Below, in pieces: positions 41,862 to 52,244 of a stretch of 64,000 nt of DNA. A program made the position numbers and the translations under genes. Origin of the DNA: Dehalococcoidia bacterium. Lineage in GTDB: Bacteria > Chloroflexota > Dehalococcoidia > GIF9 > AB-539-J10. The stretch's first letter is position 1; each line of letters opens with the position of its first letter. The stretch is taken from the NCBI GenBank assembly GCA_040766535.1, contig JAXGQG010000007.1:11121-75120 (forward strand). Direction: 5' to 3'. The notes beneath the pieces are model-generated. The model had not been told where the DNA came from, did not search any database, and saw only the letters and a program-made list of their open reading frames with translations.

Positions 41862-42527
41862 ATGCAATTCCGCGCATTGATTTCGGATCTCGACGGCACG
41901 CTTCTCGATACGCTGCAGGATATGGCCGATGCGGTGAACAGGGCGCTGCATCGCCTCCACCTCCCTGTGCACGAATTGTCTGAGTACCGGTACTTCGTTG
42001 GGGACGGTCGGCGGACCATGGCGTTGAGGGCGCTGCCACCGGACCGCCGCGACGACGGCATCCTCGAACGGCTTCTGGCCTACATCGCCGAGGAATACGA
42101 CGGGCGCTGGGTCGACAACTCCGGGCCATATCCGGGAATTCCGGAGATGCTGGACGAACTGACTCGCCGGGGTATTCGACTGGCGGTCCTCTCCAACAAG
42201 CCACAGGTGTATGCGGGTCCGATGATCTCGACGATCCTGTCGGGCTGGCACTTCGAACATGTGCTGGGAGAGTCTCCCGACCGTCCGAGAAAGCCTGATC
42301 CCGCCGGTGCGCTCCATATCATCGAACGTATGAATGTGCTGCCTCAGGAGTGCATCTATCTTGGAGACTCAGGCGTCGACATGGAGACGGCTCGAGCCGC
42401 GGGTATGTACGGAGTGGGAGCGCTGTGGGGTTTTCGTGATGCCGACGAGTTGGCCCGCGCCGGTGCAAGGCTCCTGGCTCACCACCCGGCAGACGTGGTC
42501 ACACTGGTCGATCACCCCGTTGTGTAA
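41862..42527 (+). CDS. HAD hydrolase (phosphoglycolate phosphatase-like)
   Basis: DLDGTLLD, LSNK, KPDP, YLGDSGVD, WGFR. Confidence 0.92.
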   Translation: MQFRALISDLDGTLLDTLQDMADAVNRALHRLHLPVHELSEYRYFVGDGRRTMALRALPPDRRDDGILERLLAYIAEEYDGRWVDNSGPYPGIPEMLDELTRRGIRLAVLSNKPQVYAGPMISTILSGWHFEHVLGESPDRPRKPDPAGALHIIERMNVLPQECIYLGDSGVDMETARAAGMYGVGALWGFRDADELARAGARLLAHHPADVVTLVDHPVV

Positions 42528-42660
42528 GGCGGTCACCGCCATGATCTCTACTACCGTCCGGTCTTCGCCGACAGGAAGGACTCCGGGTAACGTTCCTGCT
42601 ACCATTCCCTTCACGAATCATCACGTCAGGCCGTCAAACGTGGAAAAGGAGTGATTCAGC

Positions 42661-43089
42661 ATGTACACAAGAAAGATGCTCGGGTTGGATGACGCCGACA
42701 GGATCATCGAGGCTGTCCTCGATCATGTGCGCGCTCAGAAAGGTGTGCCGCTGTCGATCGCGGTCGTTGATTTTCGGGGCGACCTCATCAAATACATCAG
42801 CATGGATGGCGCAAGCTGGAACTCCAAGCGCATGGCGCAGGTCAAGGCCTACAGCGCAGCCAAGTTCCGCCGTGATACCTCGAAGATGCCGGCGATGATG
42901 GCCGAGAACGGCATACAGCTCGTCGACTGGGCCGATCCCGATGTGACCTCTCTGGGTGGTGGCGTGTGCATCTGGGATGAAGAATCGACTCCCCGAGTCG
43001 TCATCGGCGCTGTGGCGGTAAGCGGCTGGCCCGATCCCAGAGTCGATGAGGACTACGCCAAGGTCGGCATCGCCGCACTGACGAAGTAG
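42661..43089 (+). CDS. GlcG/HbpS family heme-binding protein
   Basis: SIAVVD..G, MDGA, KAYSA, GGG, IGAVAVSG. Confidence 0.88.
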   Translation: MYTRKMLGLDDADRIIEAVLDHVRAQKGVPLSIAVVDFRGDLIKYISMDGASWNSKRMAQVKAYSAAKFRRDTSKMPAMMAENGIQLVDWADPDVTSLGGGVCIWDEESTPRVVIGAVAVSGWPDPRVDEDYAKVGIAALTK

Positions 43090-43317
43090 ACCGCCAGGAG
43101 TTCATTCACAGTAACGGTTCGTGAGGAATGCGGCGCATGGCACGCAGAGCAAGCGTTCACGACAGATTCGCCATCAGGCAATGATGCCCTGCTCGGTCGA
43201 TTTCGCGGACCACTCAACCTTGCGCCGGTGGCCAAGCCTGTCCTCCGAATCTACACCTGGTAGTATGAAGAAAGACTTCACCGGCATGCCGGTGAGCACA
43301 TGAGGAGGGCGCGACAG

Positions 43318-43503
43318 ATGCCAATCATCACAGTGGAGGCGTTTGAGGGCAGAACGGTAGAGCAGAAGCGCGGGCTGGTCAAGGATATCACCGAGGCCGT
43401 GACGAAGAACTTCAACGTCTCACCCGACGCTGTCACCATCATCATTCACGAGTTGAAGCATGAGCACCTCGCGAAGGCCGGCAAGTTGCGGATCGACTGG
43501 TAA
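43318..43503 (+). CDS. 4-oxalocrotonate tautomerase family protein
   Basis: N-terminal catalytic Pro (MPIITV), GRTVEQKR, 61 aa. Confidence 0.92.
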   Translation: MPIITVEAFEGRTVEQKRGLVKDITEAVTKNFNVSPDAVTIIIHELKHEHLAKAGKLRIDW

Positions 43504-43795
43504 CCAGTCACCAGGCCATCGCTGATCGTCTGTACTGGACCCGGCCGCGGAGCCGTCCATGGCGCCGCTCGCGCGCCCGGTGGGTGTTGTCTTTGACTCT
43601 GGCGGCTGTTCGTAGTCCTCTGGGCGAGCAGGGGCGGTTGATATAGCGCCTTTCATCTGTCTTGGAGCTGCATTGTGTCGTCGGCACAACAGCAAGCCCG
43701 GTTGCCGTACGTGCGCGCGGGAAGACAAATCCGATTTGTGTCCTATAGAATAGCTCGCCAGTGGCCGGTATTCTCCGGCGTAAGGAGTGAAGTGT

Positions 43796-45055
43796 ATGAA
43801 TCCACCTACCACTGGGCGCGTCTTCGGCATGGAAGCCGAGAAGGGGCGCTGGATCTTCGTCCTCGCTGGCTTCCTCATCAACATCTGCCTGGGTAGCGTC
43901 TACGCCTACAGCGTATTCCGCAATCCAGTGCAAGGCCTCTTCCAGTGCAACGCGACCGAGAGCGGCCTGCCGTTCATGGTATTCCTCGCGTTCTTCGCTG
44001 TTCTCATGTTCTTTGGTGGCAAACTGATGGGTACCATCGGCCCCAAGAAGATCAGCATCATCGGCGGACTGCTCGTTGGCGCCGGCTGGATACTCTCAGG
44101 CATACTCCCGCAGATGGTTTGTAGCGTCTGGAGTCTCGTGTTGACTTACGGCGTCATAGCCGGTTCCGGGGTCGGACTCGTTTACGGTGCTCCGATCGCC
44201 ACAGCCACCCGCTGGTTTCCGGACAGGAAAGGACTGGCCGTGGGCCTTACCGTTGCTGGCTTCGGTGGCTCGCCTTTCGTGACTGCCAACATCGCCAACC
44301 CGCTCATCCAGTCACACGGCCCCCTGTACACGTTCCTTGTGATGGGTATCGGTCTGCTGGTAGTCATCATCGCCTTTGCCTTTGTACTCAGGTTTCCGGC
44401 GCCTGATTGGAGACCTGCAAGCATGCTGGCGGGCAAAGCCCCCGCAGGCGCCGTGGCGAAACTGGATCTCGATCCAGGCAGGATGGTGAAGACCTCCACT
44501 TTCTGGGGCCTCTTCCTGGTGTACACCGTCGGCTGTCTCGCCGGCCTGATGGCCATCGGCATCGCGAGCCCGGTGGGTACTGAGATCATTCAGATGACGT
44601 CATCCACCGCCGCCATGATGGTGGGCATCTTTGCACTCTTCAATGGGGCTGGCCGCCCGCTGTTTGGCTGGCTGACCGACCGCATCACGCCCAGGTGGGC
44701 TGCGACCATCTCGATGGTGGTCATCCTCATCGCGTCGCTCGCAATGACCCGCGCCGCATCCGGCACGACCGCCCTCTACGCCGTCGCCTTCTCGGTTCTG
44801 TGGCTCTGTTTCGGTGGCTGGCTGGCCATCGGGCCCACCGCAACCACTACCTACTTCGGCGCCAAGAACGCGGCCCGCAACTACAGCTACGTGTTCTTTG
44901 GATACGGATTGGCGGCAATCCTCGCCAACATCATTGCGGGCAGTTCCAAGGACCTCTTCGGGAGCTACACAACGGCTTTCGTCATCGTAGCGGTTCTTGC
45001 AGCCATCGGCGCCGTCATCGCCCTGTTGCTCATGAAGCCCCCCAAGCATTCCTAG
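43796..45055 (+). CDS. MFS transporter, oxalate/formate antiporter (OFA) family
   Basis: CLGSVYAYSVF, RWFPDRKGLAVG, FNGAGR...GWLTDR. Confidence 0.92.
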   Translation: MNPPTTGRVFGMEAEKGRWIFVLAGFLINICLGSVYAYSVFRNPVQGLFQCNATESGLPFMVFLAFFAVLMFFGGKLMGTIGPKKISIIGGLLVGAGWILSGILPQMVCSVWSLVLTYGVIAGSGVGLVYGAPIATATRWFPDRKGLAVGLTVAGFGGSPFVTANIANPLIQSHGPLYTFLVMGIGLLVVIIAFAFVLRFPAPDWRPASMLAGKAPAGAVAKLDLDPGRMVKTSTFWGLFLVYTVGCLAGLMAIGIASPVGTEIIQMTSSTAAMMVGIFALFNGAGRPLFGWLTDRITPRWAATISMVVILIASLAMTRAASGTTALYAVAFSVLWLCFGGWLAIGPTATTTYFGAKNAARNYSYVFFGYGLAAILANIIAGSSKDLFGSYTTAFVIVAVLAAIGAVIALLLMKPPKHS

Positions 45056-45139
45056 ATCATTCGGGGCGAAGGCCACGGTGTTGGCCTTCGTCCCTCGTGC
45101 CCAGGACAGCTGCAAATCAGATAGCCGGAGGTATCGCGC

Positions 45140-45529
45140 ATGTCGCATGGCAGCTTCGCTACGGTAATCAACTGTATGGACGGACGAGTCCAGGAGCCAG
45201 TCATCGCGTGGATGAAGCAGAGGTACGGAGTCCAGTACGTTGATTCCATCACCGAGCCCGGCCCCATTCTCATACTGGCCGACAACCGTGACCTCCAGAC
45301 CGTCGAATCTATGCGCCGCAGGACCGATATCTCGGTCAACAAACATGGCTCGCACGCGGTGGCTGTGGTGTCACACTACGACTGTGCCGGGAATCCCGTG
45401 GGCAAGGACGCACAGATGGTGCAACTCCGGGCCGCTATCGACAGGGTACGATCGTGGGGGTTCGATGTTGATGTGCAGGGCTTGTGGGTCGACGAGAATT
45501 GGCGCACGTACCCAGTGGCGTTCGACTAG
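45140..45529 (+). CDS. small beta-type carbonic anhydrase-like protein
   Basis: NCMDGR and HYDC Zn-ligand motifs. Confidence 0.8.
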   Translation: MSHGSFATVINCMDGRVQEPVIAWMKQRYGVQYVDSITEPGPILILADNRDLQTVESMRRRTDISVNKHGSHAVAVVSHYDCAGNPVGKDAQMVQLRAAIDRVRSWGFDVDVQGLWVDENWRTYPVAFD

Positions 45530-45707
45530 GCATGCTTCCAGCGGTCGGTCAGGGCGCCAGGACACTTGAGGCTGAAAGACCCCCCAGTCAAGCACCATGA
45601 TAGCCTCATCAGCGCTCATCCGCTCGTCTGGCGGCGAGCAAGGATGTGAACGCCGCGCCGCTATTCGTTGCCTACCACTTGCGTTGTGACCGACCCGCAC
45701 GGACCAG

Positions 45708-46787
45708 CTATATCCTGAACCGCTTCATTGCGTCGCGGTCCAGCTCGAAGCCGATTCCCGGAGACTGGGGAACCTCGATGAAGCCATTCACCGGCTGCGG
45801 TGGATCCAGGTAGATAGCCTCCCACCACGGCATGTGCTCAGTCCATGTTCCGTTCGGAATCGCCGCCACCAGGTGAACAGAGAACTCATCGAACAGATGA
45901 CTCACTGCGGGAAGATTGAATGCTTCCGCCATGGCAGCAACCTTCATCCACTCGGTCACACCGCCAACAGCCTGCACGTCAATCATTGCCACATCGGTGG
46001 CGCGCCGCTCAAATAGCTCCCGAAAGCCTCGCTTGCTGCTAACGTTCTCTCCCGAGACTACGGGCATGTCAAGCGCGCGAGCGATTTCGGCCAGACCGGC
46101 AACATCATGCGTCGGAATAGGATCCTCCAACCAGTACACGCCGAGTTTCTCCATCTCCCTGCCCATCACGATGGAGTCATACACGGTCCAGACCCACAGC
46201 ACATCAACCATTATGTCAATGTCTGGACCAACGGCCTCTCGAATGGCCGCCAGTCGCTTCAGGTCTTCATGGCGGGACTTCCACCCCATCCGCATCTTCA
46301 TCGCCCTGTAGCCCTGCGATACCAGTGTCGCTGCTTCCCTCTGAAGCTCCTCGATGGAGCGGTCGCGCCACAGGTAGTTGCTGGCGTACACCGGCACCCG
46401 ATCACGACAGCCGCCCAGCAGCTTGCCCAGCGACATCTCCATTGCTTTGGCGCGCAGGTTCCACATCGCCATGTCGACAGCCGCCATGGCGTACACACCC
46501 AATCCATCATTTCCGATGCGCGTGCTCGTACGGCGCAACCGCTCCCACATCTCGCCCCAGCGCTCGAGATCTCCGCCAACTACCACTTCTGCAACCGCAT
46601 CAACGCAAGACTTCAGCAGACCCACGTGAAAGTCGTTGAACACCATCGCCACGCCGTGGGCTCGAAGCCCCGATTCCGTGAACACCTCCACTACAACAGG
46701 ATTGAAGCACTCGAATTTCACCGAGCCAACAAATGATTCGCGAACGGGAACCCTGAGCGCAGTAGTCTCGAAGCCGGTTACCTTCAT
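45708..46787 (-). CDS. mandelate racemase/muconate lactonizing enzyme family protein
   Basis: KMR, IMVD, WLEDP, SGEN, GGVTEW, SH. Confidence 0.92.
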   Translation of the reverse strand: MKVTGFETTALRVPVRESFVGSVKFECFNPVVVEVFTESGLRAHGVAMVFNDFHVGLLKSCVDAVAEVVVGGDLERWGEMWERLRRTSTRIGNDGLGVYAMAAVDMAMWNLRAKAMEMSLGKLLGGCRDRVPVYASNYLWRDRSIEELQREAATLVSQGYRAMKMRMGWKSRHEDLKRLAAIREAVGPDIDIMVDVLWVWTVYDSIVMGREMEKLGVYWLEDPIPTHDVAGLAEIARALDMPVVSGENVSSKRGFRELFERRATDVAMIDVQAVGGVTEWMKVAAMAEAFNLPAVSHLFDEFSVHLVAAIPNGTWTEHMPWWEAIYLDPPQPVNGFIEVPQSPGIGFELDRDAMKRFRI

Positions 46788-46953
46788 GCGTCCTATCTCC
46801 TCTCTGTGGCAGGGGCAAGGCTTGGCGCCCGCGGAGCGTCAGTATACCAGCCTTCCGTAACGGCGAACCGGTCCGAGCATGGGTTCCTGTCTCTCTGTTA
46901 CACTACCGGACGCGCCGCGCTCGAAGCGGTGTCCTGTGCGAGGAGACGTCAAC

Positions 46954-47889
46954 ATGCGTTACGGAACCGGTGCCATGAAGTACGAAGTTGTCCCCAACTG
47001 GGCCAGAGTGCCTGAGGGCTGGTCATTCAAGGACGTCGGAGGCCTGGCGATCGACGAGGACGACAATGTCTATGTTCTGAACCGCAGTGAGTTCCCGGTG
47101 CTGGTATTCGATCGTGAAGGCACGATACTCCGCCACTGGGGTGAAAGCCTGTTCAAGCGGGCCCACGGCGCGCGGCTCGCCCCGGATGGTTCCATCTTCT
47201 GTACGGATGACGGCGATCACTGGGTCGGGAAATTCACGCGCGACGGAGACTTGCTGATGACGCTTGGACAGAAAGGGACGCCGTCGGACACCGGATATCG
47301 GCGGGGGTGGGATGTGTACCAGAGCACGTCCACGATCGACCACGCCGGACCTCCCTTCAACAGGCCAACGGGAGTCGCCATCACGGCCGATGGTGACATC
47401 TTCGTGTCCGACGGGTACGGCAATTGCCGCATACACCATTTCGACGCGCACGGGAACCTGCTCCATTCGTGGGGAGAACCCGGAGGCGAGCCAGGCCGCT
47501 TTCGGCTGCCCCACGATGTAGTCCTTGATGCGCGCGGCCGCCTGCTTGTGGCTGACCGCGAAAACAGTCGCATACAGGTGTTCTCGCAACAAGGTGAGCT
47601 ACTGACCGTGTGGCATGATGTCATCCGGCCGACTGGACTGAGCACGGACCGGGATGGCCTCGTGTATGTCTCGCAGTTCTGTCTTTGCGTCAGCGTGTTC
47701 GACCTCGATGGTAAACTCGTGACGAAATGGGGAAATCAGTCCACTGTGCGTGAGGAAGCTGTGTTCCTCGCTCCACACACCGTGGCGGTGGATTCGTCTG
47801 GCGACGTCTACGTTGGCGAGGTGTCACGAACCTACGCGGGGACCGACCGCGGTGCGGATACCATTCACAAATTCAGACGGATCAGATAG
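46954..47889 (+). CDS. NHL-repeat protein (peptidyl-alpha-hydroxyglycine lyase-like)
   Basis: FNRPTGVA, VSDGYGNCR, FRLPH, VADRENSRIQVF. Confidence 0.88.
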   Translation: MRYGTGAMKYEVVPNWARVPEGWSFKDVGGLAIDEDDNVYVLNRSEFPVLVFDREGTILRHWGESLFKRAHGARLAPDGSIFCTDDGDHWVGKFTRDGDLLMTLGQKGTPSDTGYRRGWDVYQSTSTIDHAGPPFNRPTGVAITADGDIFVSDGYGNCRIHHFDAHGNLLHSWGEPGGEPGRFRLPHDVVLDARGRLLVADRENSRIQVFSQQGELLTVWHDVIRPTGLSTDRDGLVYVSQFCLCVSVFDLDGKLVTKWGNQSTVREEAVFLAPHTVAVDSSGDVYVGEVSRTYAGTDRGADTIHKFRRIR

Positions 47890-47941
47890 GTCGTGAGCAC
47901 GTCCTTCTCCGTGAGACGCAAGACACGGACCAGCCCGTTAT

Positions 47942-48703
47942 CTACCAGATCAACGGAATGATGGCCTTCCTCGTGGCAGGGTACCCATCCAGATGCTCCC
48001 GGCACCACCGCAGGTGCGCCCTTGCCCGTGGCGCCAGGTTGGCGAAGGTCCAGATTGCGAAGCTCAGGCCGGCCAGCGACCAGGTTGCAGCTGCCCATCC
48101 CGTCCATATCACGATCTCGCCGAGGTAGTTGGGACAACAGACGTACCGGAAGACACCGGAATCGATACGGCAATAGCGCAGACCCGACTTCTCCCGTTCG
48201 CGCTGAAGCACCGCATCGGCATAGCGGTTGAGCACCCAGCCAAACACGAACAGGAGGACGCCGACCGCAAAGCGGATGTCCAGCAACCAAGCCCGGCTAT
48301 AGTCGGGTCCCAGGTGGAACAGGTAACGCCCATTGATGTACGTGTTCACCACGTTGAATACGATCCCGAACACAACCACTGCGACGGGAATCGCTCGCGC
48401 CTTGCGGCTGAGGCTGAAAGGGTATACGAACGCGCGGTGCACGTAGTGCAGCTCCCACATTGCGAGGAAGGTGATGGCGACGAGCGAACTCCCCTTCGAC
48501 CCAACGAGGTACCAACACAGGAAGAGCACGGCTGCCGGCATCTCCATGATCAGCCACCCCGTGCGCGCGGACACCGTAAGCCCCCAGCCGGCAGTTGAGT
48601 GTCTGCCATACGGAGCCGGATAGCGCAGGAGTACGACAAAGAGCAACAAGGCCTGCGTCATCCACGCGTATACCAGGTAGCGCCACAGGGTCGCCTCGGA
48701 CAT
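47942..48703 (-). CDS. 3-oxo-5-alpha-steroid 4-dehydrogenase (SRD5A-like)
   Basis: APYGRH, WLIMEMPA, HYVHR, FRYVCCPNYLGEI, NLAPRARAH. Confidence 0.9.
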   Translation of the reverse strand: MSEATLWRYLVYAWMTQALLLFVVLLRYPAPYGRHSTAGWGLTVSARTGWLIMEMPAAVLFLCWYLVGSKGSSLVAITFLAMWELHYVHRAFVYPFSLSRKARAIPVAVVVFGIVFNVVNTYINGRYLFHLGPDYSRAWLLDIRFAVGVLLFVFGWVLNRYADAVLQREREKSGLRYCRIDSGVFRYVCCPNYLGEIVIWTGWAAATWSLAGLSFAIWTFANLAPRARAHLRWCREHLDGYPATRKAIIPLIW

Positions 48704-49710
48704 CACCGGCCCGCCTCTAGACACGTCCCACGCGCAAGAAAGCCGTACTCCTCGAACCACAGACACGTGTCACGTATGGTCTCCTCAAACGGCCGCGGCG
48801 CGTAGCCCAGTTCAGCTGCGGCTCTCTCGCGGCTCACGTGACGGTGGCCCGAGAGTGCGTGTACCGAATAGGAGGTGTACAACGGCTGACGCTTCAGAAG
48901 CAGCCATGCACCCTCGGCAAGTGGGCTGCAGGCCTGTGCGAGGACTCTCGGCACAACAACATGAGGGGCTGCAACTCCCGTCACCCGCGCCACGGCGTTA
49001 GCGAACTCCGGCAGTGAGCGCCACGAACCAGCGAGCAGGTACTTCCTTCCGGGCACCGCGCTCTCGGCGGCCGCAATCGCGCCGGCCGCGACATCTCGAG
49101 CATCCACCCAGTCGAATCCACCCGACATGATGACAGGCAGACGTCCTTTCGCGAGAGCCAGCAGGATGCGTCCAACGAAGGAGGGCCGGAAGTCATAGGG
49201 TCCGACTACCGCAGTAGGGGCTATGACAATCGCATCAAGCCCGGCGTCGATAGCATCCCGAACAATCTTCTCACCCCGAGCTTTCGACCGGTCATACGCA
49301 GCGTCGCGCGGACCGTCGGCTAGCAGACACTCCTCATTCACAAGCGAGTCGCGCTCCACGTCCACCACTGCATGGATAGAACTGAAGTGCACGAGACGCC
49401 CTACCCTGCGGTCCTTGCAGGCACGCACCACGTTGGCTGTTCCCATACAGTTGACGGCCTCTGTGTTCTGGTCCCCTCGTGACGTAATCGCGATATGGCC
49501 CGCGAGATGAAAGACGACATCCGCCCCCGAGAAGCATCTGAGTAGCGAGCCCAGGTCACAGACATCGCCGTACACCATGTCAACATCCAGTCCATGGAGC
49601 GGCGTTATGTCACGGTGCACCAGAACACGAACCAACGCGCCGCGTTGAAGCAGCGCTCGCACGAGATTGGCGCCGACATGCCCCGTCGCCCCAGTGACCA
49701 CGGTCGTCAT
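48703..49710 (-). CDS. NAD-dependent epimerase/dehydratase (extended SDR; 3-beta-HSD/HpnA-like)
   Basis: TGATGHVG, YDRSK, VGPYD; TGATG overlap with the downstream gene. Confidence 0.9.
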   Translation of the reverse strand: MTTVVTGATGHVGANLVRALLQRGALVRVLVHRDITPLHGLDVDMVYGDVCDLGSLLRCFSGADVVFHLAGHIAITSRGDQNTEAVNCMGTANVVRACKDRRVGRLVHFSSIHAVVDVERDSLVNEECLLADGPRDAAYDRSKARGEKIVRDAIDAGLDAIVIAPTAVVGPYDFRPSFVGRILLALAKGRLPVIMSGGFDWVDARDVAAGAIAAAESAVPGRKYLLAGSWRSLPEFANAVARVTGVAAPHVVVPRVLAQACSPLAEGAWLLLKRQPLYTSYSVHALSGHRHVSRERAAAELGYAPRPFEETIRDTCLWFEEYGFLARGTCLEAGR

Positions 49711-49787
49711 GGCACTTCGTTGAACCGTTAACAAACACAAGGCAGCCCAGGCTGGGCATTCAAGCCGTCATAGCCGGCGGGGGCCGG

Positions 49788-50096
49788 CTAGACTCGCTCG
49801 AGTTTGAAAAACACAGGCCTCAACCCATCGGTGCAGCACTGCACTGCCACTCCGGGTTGCCGCACAAACGGATAGTCTCCGCCGAACCTGAGGTGGGTGA
49901 TATCGCGATGGATATCCGCAAAGGCCCAGGGGCAGAATCCGTCTGGACACGAACCATCCTCGGGGACGATCCACGAGTCTCCGGTCTTGCAGCGTGGACA
50001 CGACTCCTCGAATGTGGCGTCAGCGGGCGCGTTCTCTCCGAACACATCCCTGGTGCTAAGCGTCTTCACGACCGTGATCCGTACCTTGCTTCTCAA
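49788..50096 (-). CDS. TIGR04076-like Cys-rich protein
   Basis: KVRITVVK, CPDGFCPWA, CCTDGLRPVFFKLER; TTG start after GAGGAGG. Confidence 0.8.
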   Translation of the reverse strand: MRSKVRITVVKTLSTRDVFGENAPADATFEESCPRCKTGDSWIVPEDGSCPDGFCPWAFADIHRDITHLRFGGDYPFVRQPGVAVQCCTDGLRPVFFKLERV

Positions 50097-50541
50097 CTGA
50101 GCTACCTCCTCACGGAACTCCGGACTGCGAACTCGTTGGGGAGTATACGTGGCTGCTCTTGCCATCACAAACCAGACGAGTTGATAGTTGTTGTGTTCTA
50201 CACGCAACGTCCCTCGCGCCGTATCCGGCCCGTTCAAAGACGCCCCCTGAGAAGCGGCGCGATAATGGCTGGCGGGCGGCCATTGCCGCGCGAACCATCT
50301 CAACGCTCACACCATCAAGCGTAGAAGTGCGATGTGCCGTTGCGCGGACTGACACACCTCGTTACAGCAAGACACGTACAAGACTACGGCCGATTGGGCC
50401 ACAGGCAATCGTGACAGCCGTCGGCATGGCTCGCTGACCTGGAGAGCCGGGCAATCCAGCGAACAGAAGCGACAAGAGCGTTCGCCACTTCGGACCCGTA
50501 CTCAGCATGGCGAAGCCCGACGAGCGCTGCAACCGGTCGCT

Positions 50542-52023
50542 TCATGTACAGCGGGCCCGGCTCACGGCGCAAGTCCATTCACGATAGAGACGCTCGCGGC
50601 GGTCCTCCGGCATGGAGGGTGTGAACACCCGGTCGATGGCTACTGTGCCTTCCAGTTCGGAGACATCGTGCCAGAAGCCGACACCGAGGCCGGCGAGATA
50701 TGCCGCTCCCCGCACCGTAGTCTCGACATCACGCGGTCGCGCGACTTTCGCGTTCAGCAGGTCCGCCTGAAACTGGCAGAGGAAATCGTTTGCGCTGGCC
50801 CCACCGTCGATTCGCAACTCGGTCAGAGGGAAACCTGCAACTTCGACCATCGCATCTATGACATCCCTGGTTCGGAAACACACCGACTCGAGCGCCGCGC
50901 GCACAACATGCTGCTTCTTCGTACCGCGCGTTATCCCCGTTATCATGCCTCTCGCCCCAGAATCCCAGTATGGGGCCCCCAATCCAGCCAATGCAGGGAC
51001 GAAGTACACGCCGCCGTTGTCCTCAACCTGTTCCGCCAGCTGCTGGGAGGCATCTGCTGAATCAAGCAGGTTGAGCGCATCGCGCAGCCACTGGATTACC
51101 GCTCCCGCCGCGAATATGGCGCCCTCAAGCACATACACCGGTGTGCTGGAAGTCCCGCAACCGAGGGTGGTAATCAGATACGGGTTCCCGCCCGGCCGAC
51201 TGTCTCCCGCATTCATCAATACGAAGGCTCCGGTTCCGTAGGTGTTCTTGGCGGTCCCGGGCGCGAAGCACGCCTGGCCGAACAGCGCCGCCTGCTGATC
51301 TCCCGCCACACCAGTGATGGGTACTCCAGAGGGAATGCGCAATCCGCCCGCGCTCACTGCCAGCGTTTCCATGGACCCCCTGACGTCAGGAAGCGCAGAT
51401 GGCGGCAGGCCGAACAGTGATATCAGGGCATCACTCCAGCACAGACGATCGATGTCAAACAACATCGTTCTCGCAGCGTTTGTGTAGTCGGTGACATGCA
51501 TCGAGCCTGAGGACAGCTTCCAGATCAACCATGAGTCAACGGTACCCAGCCTGAGCGTCCCCCTGCGCGCTGCCTGTTCCACCGCCGGAACGTTCTCGAG
51601 CAGCCACTCGAACTTAGTTGCAGAGAAATAGGGATCGATGGGCAGCCCGGTGGTGCTCCTGATCACCCGGGCGATCTCGTCATCCGCAGCCAATTGCGCA
51701 CACCTCTCGGCGGTGCGTCGACACTGCCAGACGATCGCATTATGAAGCGGCTCTGAGGTATCCGCATCCCATGCGACCACGGTCTCGCGTTGGTTCGTGA
51801 TCCCAATAGAGGCTATCGTGGGTCTCGGCGGGTGTCCAAGAACATCGCGTACACACCCTACCACGCAGTCCCAGATATCAACCGGGTCATGCTCAACCCA
51901 GCCAGGCCGGGGAAAGCGCTGCGTAAACTCACGATAGGAAGATGCGGCAATCGTCCCGTCTCGCCGATAGAGCACGGCGCGGCTCCCTGTTGTTCCCTGG
52001 TCGATCGCCAGAATGCATTCCAC
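50542..52023 (-). CDS. glpK: glycerol kinase
   Basis: IDQGTTGSR, GITNQRET, VWQCRRT, PYFSATK, GDQQAALFGQ, KNTYGTG. Confidence 0.96.
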   Translation of the reverse strand: MECILAIDQGTTGSRAVLYRRDGTIAASSYREFTQRFPRPGWVEHDPVDIWDCVVGCVRDVLGHPPRPTIASIGITNQRETVVAWDADTSEPLHNAIVWQCRRTAERCAQLAADDEIARVIRSTTGLPIDPYFSATKFEWLLENVPAVEQAARRGTLRLGTVDSWLIWKLSSGSMHVTDYTNAARTMLFDIDRLCWSDALISLFGLPPSALPDVRGSMETLAVSAGGLRIPSGVPITGVAGDQQAALFGQACFAPGTAKNTYGTGAFVLMNAGDSRPGGNPYLITTLGCGTSSTPVYVLEGAIFAAGAVIQWLRDALNLLDSADASQQLAEQVEDNGGVYFVPALAGLGAPYWDSGARGMITGITRGTKKQHVVRAALESVCFRTRDVIDAMVEVAGFPLTELRIDGGASANDFLCQFQADLLNAKVARPRDVETTVRGAAYLAGLGVGFWHDVSELEGTVAIDRVFTPSMPEDRRERLYREWTCAVSRARCT

Positions 52024-52152
52024 TGTGTCGTTACTCCGCCGAAGCACAAATCCGCAAGCCGCTGGATTCTACCATCGTGAGGTTCCTCAGACCAGTACTG
52101 TTCTTTACACATGGAGATGGTCTCTGACCGGCCGGTTACACGTCGACCTGCA

Positions 52153-52181
52153 TTGACGTGTGCAGGAACGCCATGTACTAT
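52153..52181 (+). promoter_or_regulatory. sigma70 promoter of the TRAP operon
   Basis: TTGACG-N17-TACTAT. Confidence 0.75.
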
Positions 52182-52244
52182 CACTCGCACTGCCCGCTGG
52201 CGGACTCGGCGTCACCGGGCAAATTGCTCATAGGAGGTGAACCC

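Noticed and set aside
40816-42204. Long antisense ORFs such as the 462-aa minus-strand ORF (also 38129..39103 and 54285..55148)
   Set aside because: These are shadow or alternative frames of well-supported genes, expected in GC-rich DNA
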